In this document: in pieces, positions 17,301 to 32,899 of the stretch
How positions within the stretch are numbered: position 1 is the first letter of the stretch
Layout of the letters: every line of letters starts with the position of its first letter
Assembly (NCBI GenBank): GCA_040954595.2
Contig: CM082593.2
Span: 2,267,830 to 2,331,829, forward strand
Length of the DNA: 64,000 nucleotides
From: Balanoglossus misakiensis
Taxonomy: Eukaryota; Animalia; Hemichordata
Reading direction: 5' to 3'
Translations under genes and position numbers: made by a program
The notes under the pieces: model-generated
The model's input: the letters and a program-made list of their open reading frames with translations, nothing else
Databases searched by the model: none
Told to the model about the DNA's origin: nothing

Positions 17301-20300
17301 CATCATGATGGAAGTCAACAGAAGCCATGCAATAATATCACTCTGTCTCGATTTAAGATTGCCACCAATTAAAATCATCCATCTCCCTGGGTGGTTCATT
17401 ACGGCTAGACTGGTGACGTATTGTTTCCAAGATGGTGGTTGCTGTGTGATTTGTTGTAATACCGTACCATAATTGTGCTTCTCATCCCCCCCCTGTGAAG
17501 GAAAAAACAAGTATTTGCCTGGAAGGGCAGACAAACTGGAAGTAACAGACCGGAACGAAAGTTATATAATGTATCTTGTCGATGTGGAAGCCACATTGAA
17601 AGTCTCATGCTATAGTCTAGAGAAAAGAGTTCATCATCATCAGTCACCAATTGGAATGGCGTGTACTGCTGATGCAGTCACTGTTATTTTTACCTAAATA
17701 TTTTTTCAATAATGTCAATATATGAAAAAAATTCTAAAAGTATGAAATTCAACAAAAAAACAACATTCAAAGTTTACCGCTGCTTTTAAACAAACAAGAT
17801 GATCGGATTACATCTTCCTCTGTTTATAAGAATCAACATGCTGTAGATTTTTGGAAGTTTGATGAATTCCGTTATAAATCCTTGTGTATATCCTTGTGTT
17901 GCACAAAGGGGTAATACAGTAGCTGTAAGTACTTCCAGGGGGCCAATTACCCGAAGTAATTGGCTCACAGAGAATTGTGTTTCACCAGGAGATAATACAA
18001 TGATAATCTGTCTGAATGAAGACGGCCGTGATACATAAAGGTGAATAGTTGTACCACCAGTCCCTCACCACAGGTATTTGGAGTATTAGGCTGCCCTGTT
18101 AATGTTAGAATGACGTCAGGCATTCGATTCTATACTTCTGATAATGGAGAGGCCTTGCCAATATATTTTGGGAAACTCATTAGGGGAATTGTTACATGCC
18201 CTCAGCTGGTATTCAATTGAGTACAAACATTGTACTGCACCTCTGTAGGGTTTGTCCAGCAAAATACACCTAGATTAGCTCCTTCTTCATGCCACCATCA
18301 GAAGCCACCCTGTAAACTTGACCTCATCAGTGGTAGTATTTCATTACTGTGCTCAGCTGATAGAGTTGAAGCTGATGATAGACTTTGTCTAATGACTCCA
18401 CTAAACATACATCCCAAGCATGATTTGTGCATTGAACTTGTGATAAGGTCAGGCCTGATTGCCTCTTACTGGGGAGAGGATTTAATTAATGGGAGGACCC
18501 CCTTGAAGTCAATCACAGAATCTGATCCTTTTGATTGTTTTAAAGATTATAGTCAGGGCAAGGTAACATCTGCACCCTTCCTTGTAAGATGTCTAATACT
18601 GTAATGTATAACTATAATCAACTGAGATTGACTTCAAGAAAATCCTTTGTTACATCATCTTCTCAGCTGGCATATCCGAGTATGAATTTAATGTCCAAAT
18701 GTCATTGACAATTCCTTGGTGTTGAATTCCTTTCTGTCCATGGGATAATTTGTCTGGGACTTTAATATTAAAAGTAATTTTACACTGAAAGTGAAAATCC
18801 CAGCTGCAGTAAACTCCTTCACAGAACTTGCTTCAACACAAAATTTTGAGCTGAAAATTTTTACAGAAAAGTACTCAACATTCATCATTTCAGAGCAGAT
18901 TTAAGGCCTATGTCAAGAGAGTTTTTCTCTTGAACTGTGCCTTGATTTTAAATCATTTAATAGGTACCAGATTTACATATTGATATTAGTATTAACGTAA
19001 TAATTTCTTAGTGCTAATACGTCTCCTTAAAGCTCAGTAGCATGAATTTAGGATAAGCAATCCATTAGTCCCAACCACTCAGAGAGAATTATTTGATAGC
19101 TGCCTTCAGTTGTACCATACAGGATACTATCAGAATGATCTTGTCCAAGCAGTTACAACCAAAATCAAACAGGAGTCCACATACATGTATGCCAGTCGTA
19201 TACTTCTATTAATGGCATTTGTATTAGCTTTCACTTAAAGTTGGTCATAAAAGTCCCATTTGGATTCACCAGAAACAATTACTTGCACCGATAATCATGT
19301 AGATCTGTGGAAGCAACATATGCTGGGAGGTACATATTGTTGATCCTGGGCTTGGCTATGTAGTTGTCTGTGTTGACAGTATGTTTGTCAATGGACTAGT
19401 AATGTTTTATTCAAATCATAAATTTTGAGTTGAAATATCCGTCCCTATAATTAGAGAGAGGTGTTTTGAATGACAAGTTTCACTGTATATTTTTTTCAAT
19501 ATGGCAGTTGTTATGTTCTTCGACAGTGTTTCAATATCCAGTTGCTTTTAGTTCAGGATTCCATTTGCTGGTGGTCTTTAAGCAGAGACTAGTTATTTGA
19601 CATTATTTCCTGATGTCGGAAATTACAATGATGGTTTCCTGAATCTTCGAAACCTGTCTGAATGAAGCTTGTATCAAAGTATTTATCCCAAGTGGGGGGT
19701 AGCTCATCTTGTTTTTTCCATCAATCAAACACGGAAACAGATATAGAACTCAACGAGCAGAATATCAGTCTCTCGTTTTGTTTTTTGCAATGTGCATGTT
19801 GTAACAGTTTCTCAGATTTATGATATTAGACGTGATGATGTGCAGTGAAGTTTATGAGAAATGGTTACCAGGGAACAGTAAACGATTACTGCCGATTAGT
19901 CAGTCATATTTCCTGTATATTTTGTGCCTGTAGGGTCCAGCTATGCTATTTTCTTCTTTCTGACCATCTAAACCAGTCGTGAAACATAACAATTTACTCG
20001 CCACAGCATCACAAACAGACATATAGCCACAGGATTCCAGAACTATGACTGACGTTAATGTCATTCCATTATATGAACCTTGAAAATTAAAGTCTGGAGG
20101 GCATTGATGATAATTGTGATGTCTAACATTCACTCACTAGCCGACTGAGATACCTACTTTTTACTGAGATACATGTATATACTTTTTAAACAGAAAGGTC
20201 ATTGAAATCACAATATTTGGGTAAAAGAGCTTCATTTTCCATTTGTTGCATTTCTGCAGATAAACAGGTGCTTTTCTCTTCTGTTATTTTACGTTCGTAA

Positions 20301-20689
20301 ATTTACCAGACAGGTGCCCTACAACCTTTTACTTCAAGTACATGTAATTGCTGCCATCTTGAACTCTGCCTTATAAACATGTTACTATGGTTACCACTTG
20401 ATGGTTAAATACTGGCTGATCAGATGGGGGTACGTTTATACTGTATACTGACTGAACGGAAAAAAATGTAATGGTAGCATCATATTTAGCCTGACCTTGC
20501 AATCATCATTGAGAGTGCAATACAGCTGGTCTCTGAAACTCAGCCCTTACAAATCATTAACGAGGCACGTGTCATCGGGTAGTCCCTGGATCTTGTGGAA
20601 AATGATGGTGCCAGCATTATTTCACATAGTTGCAAAATATCTTATTCTGACACATACGATAGAAACGCCGTGGGAATTATTATAGAGTC

Positions 20690-20887
20690 CCCTTGAAAAC
20701 GTACACCCAAACTTGAAACCTCAGCCTCAGTGCACCACATTTCTCCATACATGGAGCGAGCCTTATCAGCGCACTAGAATTCCACGAGACTTTGCAAATA
20801 AGTGGTATTCGGCCTCGGGTGGAATATCTACTCCAAACCTCGAGTCCAGATACACTAGCTGATGGGTGTAGTGTCAGTTTTTAAGGG
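20690..20887. mobile_element. Degenerate MITE-like element
   Basis: Imperfect inverted termini CCCTTGAAAAC..TACACCCA versus TGGGTGTA..GTTTTTAAGGG. Confidence 0.45.
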
Positions 20888-23800
20888 TATTCTTGCAAAA
20901 AACATGAGTCATACAGAGCTGGGCATCATTTGACAAGCATGAAGAGAATATTGTATTCTGTCAGCAAAATCCTGAAAAAAAATAAACCAGATTAGGAATT
21001 ATTTAGTCCATTATGCAACCATCTTGTAAATGATTTTAATTTTTCTCAGATTACGCTCTTTTTTTACTGTTTGAGTTTGTATTGGATATTAAATAATAAA
21101 CAAAGAATGAAAGACTTGTGGGATTGTAATTGGTTTGGTAATTTGATACATGTTTGACTTGGACAAAATCCTCTTAGTGAAGGAACCAGTGAAGGAACCA
21201 GATGACATCTTTTTTTCTGGTTGCTAAGCTGGTTTGATGGGTATTTGCAGCGTTCCTCAAAATGGTAGCTGAATGGGATTCAGATGAATGCGTGGTTTTG
21301 AATATTACACTCTCAGAACTCTACACATTCTGTGCCACTTTTTTGCAATATGGAACAAATAATGCTCCCTTTCAGACAGACGATCCTCTGTATCTTTTAA
21401 AGGCTTATTATTTTGACAAATTTACATACTTGTCAAAAGCGTGAAATACTGCACAATCCACTTCTCAAAGTATTCTGCAGACTCTCATTGAGAAGGATTT
21501 AGTCCTAAAATCTGGTAGTGTACGTTTTTTTCTTCTCATGAATGGGAACATGACAGCGGGATGTCAAATTGCATCTCAGTGACTCAGGTTCCTTTAGTGA
21601 AATGCCCGCTGCATGAGAGCTTTGATTTTGACAGAGACAAACATATGGTATCCTTGCCAACCTCACTTAAGCGTTAAGATAGCACGTGTACAAAAGAACA
21701 ATACAATAGAAGCAAAGTAGGGATTTCGTGTTTATACATACAAACAAGTAGTTGATTGAAAATTACAAAATAAAGAGGTGCTATAAATAGTCGATGTTGT
21801 AAAGGGTCATTAATTTTATAGTTTGGTTGATATATGTATGTGACACAATTAAAATTTCATGAAGTTTTCCTCATCTGACTTTTGTAAGTATAAATGTTGA
21901 ATTTGATGGTTTTTGGTATTTCTTTTCTTTAATTTTCTTCACAGCAACAGGTGGTTGCTGTGACATTCTCACCATTGAATGATGTGGTGTAATAAGTTCA
22001 TGTTTTGGCAATGGCAAAGGCTCATTCACAAACTTAAGGTTCATTTTGTCTGTCATTTTACTGTAAATTCTTTGGAAATGACTGCTGGCAACGAAATCAA
22101 AGCTGATGCAAGCTTAGATTTTTTTTAATTCTCAGTAAAAGAATGTCTGCCAGCCTTACAAAAAAAAACGGCATTTGGAGGTGATCAACTGATACCGTAA
22201 TAATAAAAATGATTTAGAATTTTGCATTGATATCAGAACCTGATCAGTGAAAAATACAAATCGGCGCGAGTACAGCTGTCACCAGCGGTTCTGTTATCCA
22301 TTAGTAACCTGGTTCCAAGCCTTTGATTATTAAACCCATGACTGTAATCTCGATGTTCGCGGAGACAAGATTGACAAAACTCAGAAATTGCCACATGTGT
22401 CTGCGTATAAATCATTCAGCTGATTTGTTTTCTGCGTGTGTAGGGATTCACCAGATTTCGTGCGATCAGAAAAAAAAGTGGGCGATAATGATGAGCGTGA
22501 CTCGACCGCCTTTCAGCTAAATCCTGGGTATTTCTGTTCATCGCTGCTCGTGTGTCTTTTTTTTTTTTTTGAATGATGATGGTACCCTTGGGAGAGATCA
22601 TGACAAAGGTGACTGTCCTCTGAACATTCTGTATGCCTGCCCTGAACTCCCATCCCAATAGGTTATTTTAAAACAAGCTAATTATGTTAACATATTGTTC
22701 ACATTCCTTGAAATTAATTCTGGCTTTTGCACATGATTTCACAGGAGATTGAACTAAAAGTTTGGCTCTACCATGATTGCAGTAACTGCACATATATGCT
22801 ATTCTTTTTCTCAGAAACTGAACTCTTGTATAAAAATAGCATGCAGTGAAAATACCCAAAGGGGAAAAAAGTCACTCTGTGTACTTGCAACAAATTCTAT
22901 ACCCTTGGGACAAATTTTTTTGGAACTTTTTGAATCAAGGAGATGCCGCGATTCTCTGTACGTTTTTATGGCATCGTTGTCATAGCATTCTTGTATTGTG
23001 CGGTCAAAGGTCATTTTTTGGATCTGCAAGAAGATATTACCATGACAACCAGCAGTTTTATGACTTCAGAAAGTGATCAATATTGTACTGCAGAGGTTTG
23101 TGAGAAGTATTAGGAGAACAATCAAATGCCAAACAATAAATACTATAAGAACTTTAAGCAAAAATGTGATACAGAAAATGTCATTTTCTACATTTATTTG
23201 TAAGAACTACCATAAAGGGTGCCAGGATTGAAAGCATTTTGTGTTGTAATGTCCTTTTCGTGACAGACTACTTGGTGAAAATTTTGAGTTGAATTCTGAG
23301 TGACAAAGAAACTGATGTCTCTAATGTCTGAGGAGTATTATCTATCATTTGAGCGACATTGCTCATCTTCTCTGTCATTGAATGAAGCAGCTGCGACTGT
23401 GATACTGAAACCAGAACCATCTGTTCCGATCAATCTTTTTACGAACTCACTTCAATCAGAAAATTCAGATTACAATTAAAACACAGGCCCGATTTTTGCC
23501 CATTCATGTAGCATTTATTTCCAAAGATTGCATCAAACTTATAAACGTGGCTTTTTAAAAAAAAATTACCAACAACTGTTCAGATTCCTTATTCTGTAGA
23601 AAGATGCCACAATTGATTTCACCTTTGATTGCGCTTTCAGAAAGTTGGAGCCCGAGGAATCACGGAAGGCTTTTTTTCGTCTGGGAAGAGCACCGATTGA
23701 CATATCTGCCAACCTAATTCACATCCATCGGTAAGTGCTGACTCTTTACCTTCCTCTATTAAACGCAATGTAGCCAGACTGGCTGTCTCAAGACCCTTAT

Positions 23801-24685
23801 ACTCACGGGTGATGAAGACCCACACAGAACATCCTTCCTGAAATCCATGCTGGGTCGGTATCAGCAATTTCAGCTGCACGTACGCCATGCATCAAACTCA
23901 ACATCAAATGCGAAGACTGTAATTACGGGGAAGTTCAATGCAAATAATTGATCTTTGGCTATATACAGCTGTCAAATTGAAAGATCATTATTAAAAGTAA
24001 AATGGATGTAAAAAAATGAGGATGGCACAATCTTTTTTTCCACCGAGGCCATCTTTAATGGTGCTGACACTCAGCCAGCGCAACATGCATTCACTGTTCG
24101 CGGAAATGTCATATACTTTTGTATAAGTGAATGATCAGAGACTCATTTGAGAGAAAAAAATCAAGGTCCATTTTTTGGGGTCAGTTTTGGAGAATTGTGT
24201 TATTGTTGCATGCAGTTGTGAGAAAATTACTGCGACTGTAATTGGTAGACATGAGTGGTGTTATCAATCATTGCATGTTACGATACGAGTGGCATTATCA
24301 ATCACCGTATTGTCAGATCGACAAGTCTCTCACACAAAGAGCTGAGTGAAATTTACAGCAGCCTGTACACCGAATGCAGAGCATGACATTTGAGAATTTA
24401 AATGGCAGATGAGCGCGTCTGACAGTGTAACTTATTCAGCGATGCATGAGTAGACTAAAAGAGCCATACTGTGATTTGCTGACGGTGCTTTCATGCTATG
24501 TAATGCACCAGATCATCCCACGTATGTACATAGCACTGATATGTGCCCAGATCTCTTGCTGATGACATTGCGTAAACATTCATTTCCTCAATGGGTGTTC
24601 CTTGGGAGAAGTCAGGCGACCTTTTACCTTCCTCTTGGCTATAGGCAAGGAGGCAGCTAGGCCTGAAAGAGAGAGAGAAAAATGT

Positions 24686-24712
24686 GAAGATGATGAAGAT
24701 GAAGAAGAAGAA

Positions 24713-24747
<35 letters not shown>

Positions 24748-24769
24748 CGTTGATGATGATGATGATGAT
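24686..24769. repeat. (GAT/GAA)n microsatellite
   Basis: About 28 trinucleotide units seen directly. Confidence 0.95.
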
Positions 24770-26092
24770 TCGTCTTGAACAAATATATTACATGTGGTCT
24801 TTACATGTCTGCTATTAAAGATATACATGCCAAATAGTACAAGTTTCGAATGGGTATGTTATGGTATTTTTTACACTGAAAATTACGTGCATAACACACA
24901 CAACATAGAAATCCTACAGGTACCTCTCTAAAGTCTACTAAACCATGCCAAAAAACCAAACAAAATCACCCCACTTCAGTGACATTTGTAAGAGCCATAA
25001 ACTGGGATTAAAGCTTGATAAGACTTGAATCTGTAAGCCTTATCCTGAGGGGAATTCACTGGCTATAAAATGTTGAGACAAAAAATACCTGTTCTGCATC
25101 TGTTATTTTCTTTGTAAAGTTGCTTGCAATGGATCACAGGTGAATATCAATGCATGTCTGTGGCTTCATTTGTTCTCATCTTTTTTTCGTTCACACCTGG
25201 AATTCAAGTTCACAAGTTGCCATTGGCATTAATGATTAAGCAGAATTGATGCCCTAAATTGTCAGGTTTTAGACGAACCTGCAGATTAGTCACCACAGGT
25301 ATTGTCCATTAATTGTTAGATTACCATGGCAACACAGGCACAAGCTCACCATCTTTGTTGTGTAGGGTTTCAAGCGAATGAATGGAAAATTGCTTTTTGC
25401 ATCTGACAGTAATAAAAATGAATCATAGCTTTGAGTTTTGCTTCATACCCTGTCAAATTTCAAAGATTGATTGCTTGGATTTGTTTTTTTTCTCTCGAAA
25501 TGACATTCATGAGCAAATGGAAAGTATTGCCACTTATTGAAGTGACAAAGTTTGTACGAGAGACAATACATCAACAGGTTGGCAAACAACTGCGATTTAT
25601 AAAATATGTAAACATTGAAACCTTTTACATTTCACAGCAGATATCTTCACAGAAAGCTCTATAACAGTTGCATCAAGGACTTTGCTATCATTCAGGAACT
25701 AACAAAAAATTACAAAAATAATTCTTTTAATTTTTAAGCTATTGGACCCAACATTCTGTCTTTCAGACATTGAAAGAAATTTTCATTTCTCATTAACATG
25801 TTCATTTACATACAATACGGATCAGAAGTTAGTTTCCAACTGGGTCAGCTCTAGGTTAACCCAAGGCCAGCCCGGGTTAGAAAATTTAGAACCTAATTGT
25901 CACGTCTCATTAGCATAAAAATTAGTTGAAAGGGAGTTACAGAATGTGTGTCTGCGATCATAGGAACGAAAAAATGCCGAGGACGGGGCTTAGCTTTCAA
26001 AGTGACGTTATCTTATGTACAGGCCAGAAGAGCAAAGGCACACACTGCATTGTCATATTGGAAGGTTGAATTCTTCAGTTGCGGAGCTGGTG

Positions 26093-26307
26093 TACTGTAA
26101 AACGGGAAACTTTTCACGAACGATTAATTTTTGCGAACCTCACGAGAGCCAAAAAACGTGAGGAAAAAAAGTCCTTAAAAATGTTTTTCAGAGATATCGA
26201 TGCAGTTATAGCTAAATACAAGAACACAAAAATTAATCATCGCTTAACAGTTGCTACTTTTGATGTTGTGAAAATTCCCTGTCGCGAAAATTTCCCGTTT
26301 TACAGTA
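26093..26307. mobile_element. ~215-bp MITE with TA ends
   Basis: Perfect 17-bp inverted termini TACTGTAAAACGGGAAA / TTTCCCGTTTTACAGTA, extended imperfectly inward (TTTTCACGA / TCGCGAAAA). Confidence 0.85.
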
Positions 26308-29300
26308 TTCAGTTGTCATATTGAACAAACACCGATCTCCCCACCCATCATATGCCTGGTTACGTTTGTCAAGGTATCGCCCAGGGTAGCGCCAATTAGT
26401 CGGCTGTTATGGGAGAACCAGTGGAATTCCATCGAATGAATAGCAAATCGAATCAACATTGACAACAAGACTTTCAATACAAGGATGGTCTATTTTTAGA
26501 TGATATTTTCCCCTCGCCCTCTGCTATACATTTATTGTCCAAGCAGTAAATGCGAATATATAAACTCAAAAGGTGGTAACCTTTGGTCTTTGGAAACTGT
26601 CAACACAAAGTTCATAGGATGTCAAGGTAGCCTCTGATAAAAGATTTTCAAGATGTAAAATATATTGCTTGAGGGAAAGATGTGACATATGAAATAGTCT
26701 AAATTTTTAATTTTTATTAACTTTTTTTCAGTTATTATATTGCTCAAGGTAAATGTTAGACCAATTCTTTCACTCCAGGTATGAACTTTCAAAAGTTAGA
26801 ATTATTCCACGATGTCAAAATTTGAAATGCTATAATATGTGTGGATAAATTCTGAATAACATCCTACCAGCATTTTTATCAACACACGTACACGCAAGAA
26901 AGTTATTGCTCTCAGAAATGTCCTCAGTGAATCACCATGGCGATGACTCAGGTGTTTGTTGTAAGCTTGATGAGAACGTGTTTGGCTGCCCTATCATTAG
27001 ATGCAGGTTGAGATCAGAAGGGGTTTATTTGTCCAGTGGCTATTACTGTGCAATTAATTAAATCCCTCCAATAGATTTATGGCTGTGAAGGCTTGACTAT
27101 GACAGCCCTGTGCTGTGTTCTAACTAGTATGTGTGGTTGTGATCTGAGGGAGACTTCAGGCAAACTGCACGGTTGCAAGTATTGAAATAATTTTTTGTGT
27201 GACGACAAATGTTTACCAATCGGATTGAGCTGAGCTGTAAAGAGGAAAGATTCAAGAATTTTTGCCGGAGGTAAAACGGAAACGTAAAAAAAACCTGTTG
27301 TTACACTGCATGGCAGTTCTTTTGTTTGAAGTGAAAACCTGCAAGTATTGATTTTGAGTGCATTTATACATGTACACTGACTTGCAAAGGAATGACCTGA
27401 AACCCACTGTGAGGTCAGATCCAGTCAATGTGTTGTCCAGCAACGAATATAGACACTGCGAGGTTTACAAGAATCAAAGCAGACGTTGTGGGCAGGTATG
27501 CTGAAAGTTGGCTTCCATCAGCAGGAACGTAAGTTTTAACGATTACTTCAGATGTGTCTCCCCTGTGCCGGCTTTTTTTATTCAATTATGGACCTTGGTG
27601 ACAGTTATGTTATGGCGTTTCTGAAAGGCTAGAGCCAGTCTCATTGACCAGTTCTTTTCATGTGTTGCGTTTGCTCGTCCATTGTTTGCTAACTTCATGC
27701 GTAAACACCGACACAAAGCGTCCAACTATAAACAGATATCAACACCTGGTAACAAAAAACGACTTCTCGCCACTGAAGTCAGCGACTGTAGCATGCAGTC
27801 ATGCATGGAATAAACATTATTGTTTTCCGTTGATGTTGTCTGTGTATACCAAATACAGCTAGGCCTTTTCGCGTTCATTCCACAAATATTTCATTTTAAA
27901 CCTGTACATCAGTTGGCAAAATTTCTGACTTCAGACATATAGACCAGGTAATTGGATTTGTTAGTAAGTGAATTGATCCATATTATGGCTTATAATTGGT
28001 CATTCAATATACACATAAGGTTGGTTTAAAATCTTGTTTTTCAGTCATTTAATACCCAGACAATTGTTGCGCCTGTCAGGATTGAGTTGCTTTTAAAGTT
28101 GGCAAGCTGGTACCTGTGGATGATCTGAGTCTGTCATTTTTGAATCAAGTTTGCAGCTTGGATGTTTTTGTCACATTGTTTTAGTCTTCTTGTCCGGATT
28201 GCACAGTGCATTAAAGTGTTGCCACTGCAGTTTCTGAATTTACAGTGTTTCAGTTTAATCCAGGTCAGTCACTCATGACAACACACTTGAGTTGTCACTG
28301 TGTAAATTCCGCTGCTCAGCTGCTGTATCTCCTTGCTATGGCTAACATTACATATAAGCTTCTAGTTTTTACTTGTGTTGATACACATTCAATAAAGTAC
28401 ATGTCATACACAATATAAAATCTGTGGCCACCAGCACTTTCTGGTATTGACATTAATTCTTCAAGTCTAAATCTAGCGCATATTTTATTTTCTGAAAAAG
28501 AAGCCTCTAGCCACTACAGGGCTGTTATTGTGACCTTTCATAGCATTGTCTGACGTTAGTATTGGCTTGTGCAATAATGTACGCCACTAATTTTATACCA
28601 CTGGATTCATTTGTGTAAAACCTTAGATAACCTACATGTACATAGGATGAGGCGAATTGTGTTATTTGGAATCAACATACAGATTATCTCAGTCATGCCA
28701 GTAAGAAAATATTATTGTCTCCAAGGATAACCATACACTGTACGGAATGCTGCACAGATCTGACACATAACACAACAATCGGACAATGCCGGTGTCTAGT
28801 GAAACACGTATAGGTTGACTGCCATTTCGATTTTTGACAGAGTTTGAGATAATATTTTCAAGTCTGATCTCTGCTTACACAGTGGCTTAGATATATGTTT
28901 TAATTGTAACAGCTTGTACATGTATTTGCACAATTTCAGGTACATGTATGATATATGGGTTGACCTTAAGGTCAATAATAATGTTAATTGACTCTTTCAG
29001 TCGATCACTGTTTGCAAGTTGCTACCAGAAATTTACAGGTTCCTAGGGAATATCTGATAATATGCTATACTAATTAACTCAATCAGCTGCTGGTTACAAA
29101 CAAATTTTAAAAAATTATGTCAGATGATAGTTAACTGGTACGCTGGGAATCCAACAGGTGTTTTTCCGGAATCCATTCTTCAATATATCTATATTCCCTG
29201 GAGGTTTATAAGCAAGCATGTTGCCATGGCAATCCAGTCTTCAAAAGAGTTTATAAAATCCCAGCCAATTGTAATGCCAACCTTTTGCTGTGGTCCATAA

Positions 29301-31914
29301 TCCTTCATTGTTTTTTTATTTGGGTGAAGTTCGACCTGTGCACAGAGTAACGTTTGGAATTGCCTAAAATAATTGACAGTTGATTGGTGTGACTGTTTAA
29401 TACAAGGCTAGGCAGTGTCAAGGACAGACAATGAATGCTGTGAAGTTTGATTATAAGGGAAAAGTTCAAGTGGTTTCTATTGTTTGTCTAAGCCTTGGAG
29501 AGCATTTAGTACCATCTAACTGAGTGTGATCTTTGTCACATTTTATCACATGGTGCAAGAAATCAAACTGTCCGTGGGTGTTCGGAACGATTCCCAAAAC
29601 TTCACTATCAAAATCAAAATCTTGTGAATATATACGGCTCATGTACATGTATGTGTATGTACTCATGTACGGTATGCATGTATGTACATACTCTATGCTA
29701 CGGTAGATTTTTCCACAACACTCCAGACCTAATCTTCAACAAACATCAGCTTTAATTGAAATGAAGCCAAATAAGCTTAACTGGGCTGTTTTCTAAGAAT
29801 TCAGAAGAAAAAAAAATGCTAAGAAGACTGCCACAAGCTACACTACACCATTTGTTGTTTTTTTGTAACCCACAAGATTTCATCTGAACCATCAAAAAGG
29901 TGAGCGGATCCATGATTAGAAAAGTGAACCTTAAATTTTAATATTGTATTTTCTGCTGGGTGATTTCCTTCAAAATTTTTTATATTGTAGGTTTATTTTT
30001 GTATTCAGTTTATTATAATGTCATTTTGAATTTGAACCCATATTTTGTACTTGTTAATTGCAATTACATTTGACATCAAAAACAGATTTGTTATCTAAAA
30101 AAGCAAGCAGCACATATGTGATGAGAAAAAGATGAAATAACCTGGAGACAAATTTCATAAAATGCTTTCCAGGTATTGCAAGATGAGTCTAATACTGTTA
30201 TTACCTTATTGATGAAACTTTAATGAAAGATATTGCATCACCATGGTTACTATTTCACAGGATAATGTATCTTAAGTAATCTCTTTGATGTTAACATGAG
30301 CATGGCAATCAGTCTCATCGGCAGTTAATTGATTTTTGTGCAGATGTATTTGTTTTGCATAATTGGAAAACAAAAGTGAGATATGATCAAGCCTCATCAC
30401 ATGATGATTTATTAATGTCTGACGCTGGATCACCATTTGTATCAATAACTAGACAATTTTGAAACTTGCATTTGGGGCTAAACGCTGGATTAAAATCCAT
30501 GACAATCTCAGCTCAACTTCTTTCCAGATGCTGAAGAAAAGGCTGAGTATTATGTTGAAGAAATGATATGGGAATATTTATTTATAAGGACCAATTAATC
30601 TGAAAAGACCTAAAATAAATAATAATAATTAGCAACTATCTTCATTGTGAAAAATCTTCCTAAGCTAGGCTTGACATTTTCTTATTTCAGAAATGATTAA
30701 TTCAGGAATATAAATTGATAATTGTTATGAAAAAATTACAAAACTGACATCAGGATACCTCATAAATGCAATACAATGATTAAGCAATTATAATGTCTGT
30801 CTAAACGGCATACTCAGCTGACGTTTATGCGTGGGTGTACAAATAGCCTGGGAATGAAAGATAATCAATTTTCTGCATTTGACGGTGTCAATTACACTTC
30901 GAATGATGACAAAATGAATCTGAAATCAGAAAATTTTCTGAGCTTTAAAATTTTTGTGATATTAAGATAACAACTCTTTTCTGTCATTGATACTTGGTTC
31001 CCTTGTTTCTCTTGTATTCCTTTCTGTCTGTGTATGCGTGCATAAAGAAAAAGTATGAGGGCTGAAACCAGACTTGATACAGATTCAGAAAACTCAAACA
31101 GAATCAGCAGGGTATTGACATGACAAGGGTACTCCAAAATTCATTCCTGGTAAAATGCTACTCCGGAATTATTCCAGTGAGAGAGCATTGATGAAATCAC
31201 AGTGGAAAATCCAATGGATTATTAAAGCAATTTCTGGGAATTTCCTGCTATGGTATTCCCAGTAGTGGGCTCTGGTAAAAAAAAAGCTATACGGTGCATG
31301 GCCACATACATAGCGATTTCCACTTTAATTTCGTAAAAGTCATGGCAGATCGATCCGCAGTTTGATTGCAGGGCAGCTGTAAACTGTAATTGGGGAAATC
31401 GAAGTGACCTCAAAGATTCCAACTCGTCTTATCCGTGTAATTGAGTACTTTTAAGGTTCAGGAAAGGTTGAGGCCTATTTTTGTGTGTTACTACTAGTAT
31501 TTAGACTTGCCATGTTAAGATCGACTCATCAGTTTCTGGGTATTTTGCAATGAACCACAAAACACAGGTGTACAGATGCATGTGCATAAGACGATCAGTG
31601 CCCTTTAATATGTAATAAAATAGTCCTGCTCAAATAGTTGCAATATTTTGCACATTCAGTCTAGATATGTGGGCTACAGTAAATGAGAAATACTGTAGAT
31701 GTAATGTTTACAGGTTCATCACAATTTCAACAAGTCAACTCACAAATTTTGAGTCAAAATCCATCAAATGACATGTAATCCTAATGATGTGGGAAAGGAG
31801 TTATTTGATCTCTGCATAACCATTATAGAGCTTGAAACCGAACTTATTGATGCAAGACATTTGATACCGTGTGTGGTTTTAATAGCAGTTCAAATTTAGG
31901 CAAGCTTAAACAGA

Positions 31915-31940
31915 ATATGTACATGTACATGTACATGTAT
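31915..31940. repeat. (TACATG)n tandem array
   Basis: ATGTACATGTACATGTACATGTATG. Confidence 0.85.
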
Positions 31941-32899
31941 GTCAGGAATATGTGTCCTTTCAGTTGGAACCTCCCTCACCATTAACTAACAATGAGAGTC
32001 TGTATTATCTATGAAGATATGCATGTTGCAGGGCTAAGAACACTATTACCTGAGCATCCTCAATGCATTTTTTTAATTTTGTCAATTTCCGACAAAATGA
32101 TGGCAATCAGTGGGAATCTGTTGTTATTGTATATTTCCTGTCTCCTTCACATGTGTCTAAATGTAGAATTAACGTCATGGCATCAACATTTATTCCTGCT
32201 TTCAAATGTATGACGGTGGAAATTAGTAAAATGCATCTGGCAGACTAGGAAGACAAACACAGAGACAGACAGAGTGACACACAGGAAACCGAAGCCACGT
32301 AGAGCTCTCATAAAATTGAGCAAATTATTCTTCATATAAATAGATGGTAATAACTTAGATTAAGAAAACATATTTTTGAGTGATTTGTTTTCTGTGTTTT
32401 GCGTAGAAATAATAGCTCAGATTTACTTAACAATGACAAATGAGTCTGTGACATTAAAATCTGGATTTATGTAAAATGAAAATGCCATCAGCAGATGTTA
32501 TGTAATGTTTTCCAGAAAGACTTCCGTGGAATTAATAAAATTGCCGTATTTCATTATTTTTTTTCTGGTTATTAAAGTGGGTAATCATATAGCCATATCT
32601 ACGGTTTAATCTCACATAGTAAGATTACACCATCCTGTCAGTGCCTGGAGATCATCATTTGAATAAAATTTAACTGTCTAATATGGTTTCCTATCCATCA
32701 TGCAGATTGATAGGGTGATGACATCAATTTGTTGGCGACGTTATATCCTCCTGATCCTGAAAATGGTCTGAGAAAAGCACAATCAAAATAACCCACTTGA
32801 CAACAGCATTTTCTCTCATTTTCTGGGCCTGTTTCTATTTGCAAAATTCATCTGTAGAAGATGATAGTTCAGAAACTGCATGTTGTAGGTTGAATGATC

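Noticed and set aside
24580-24828. Poly-Ser ORF on the minus strand
   Set aside because: Product of the (GAT)n microsatellite; no partner exons or homology.
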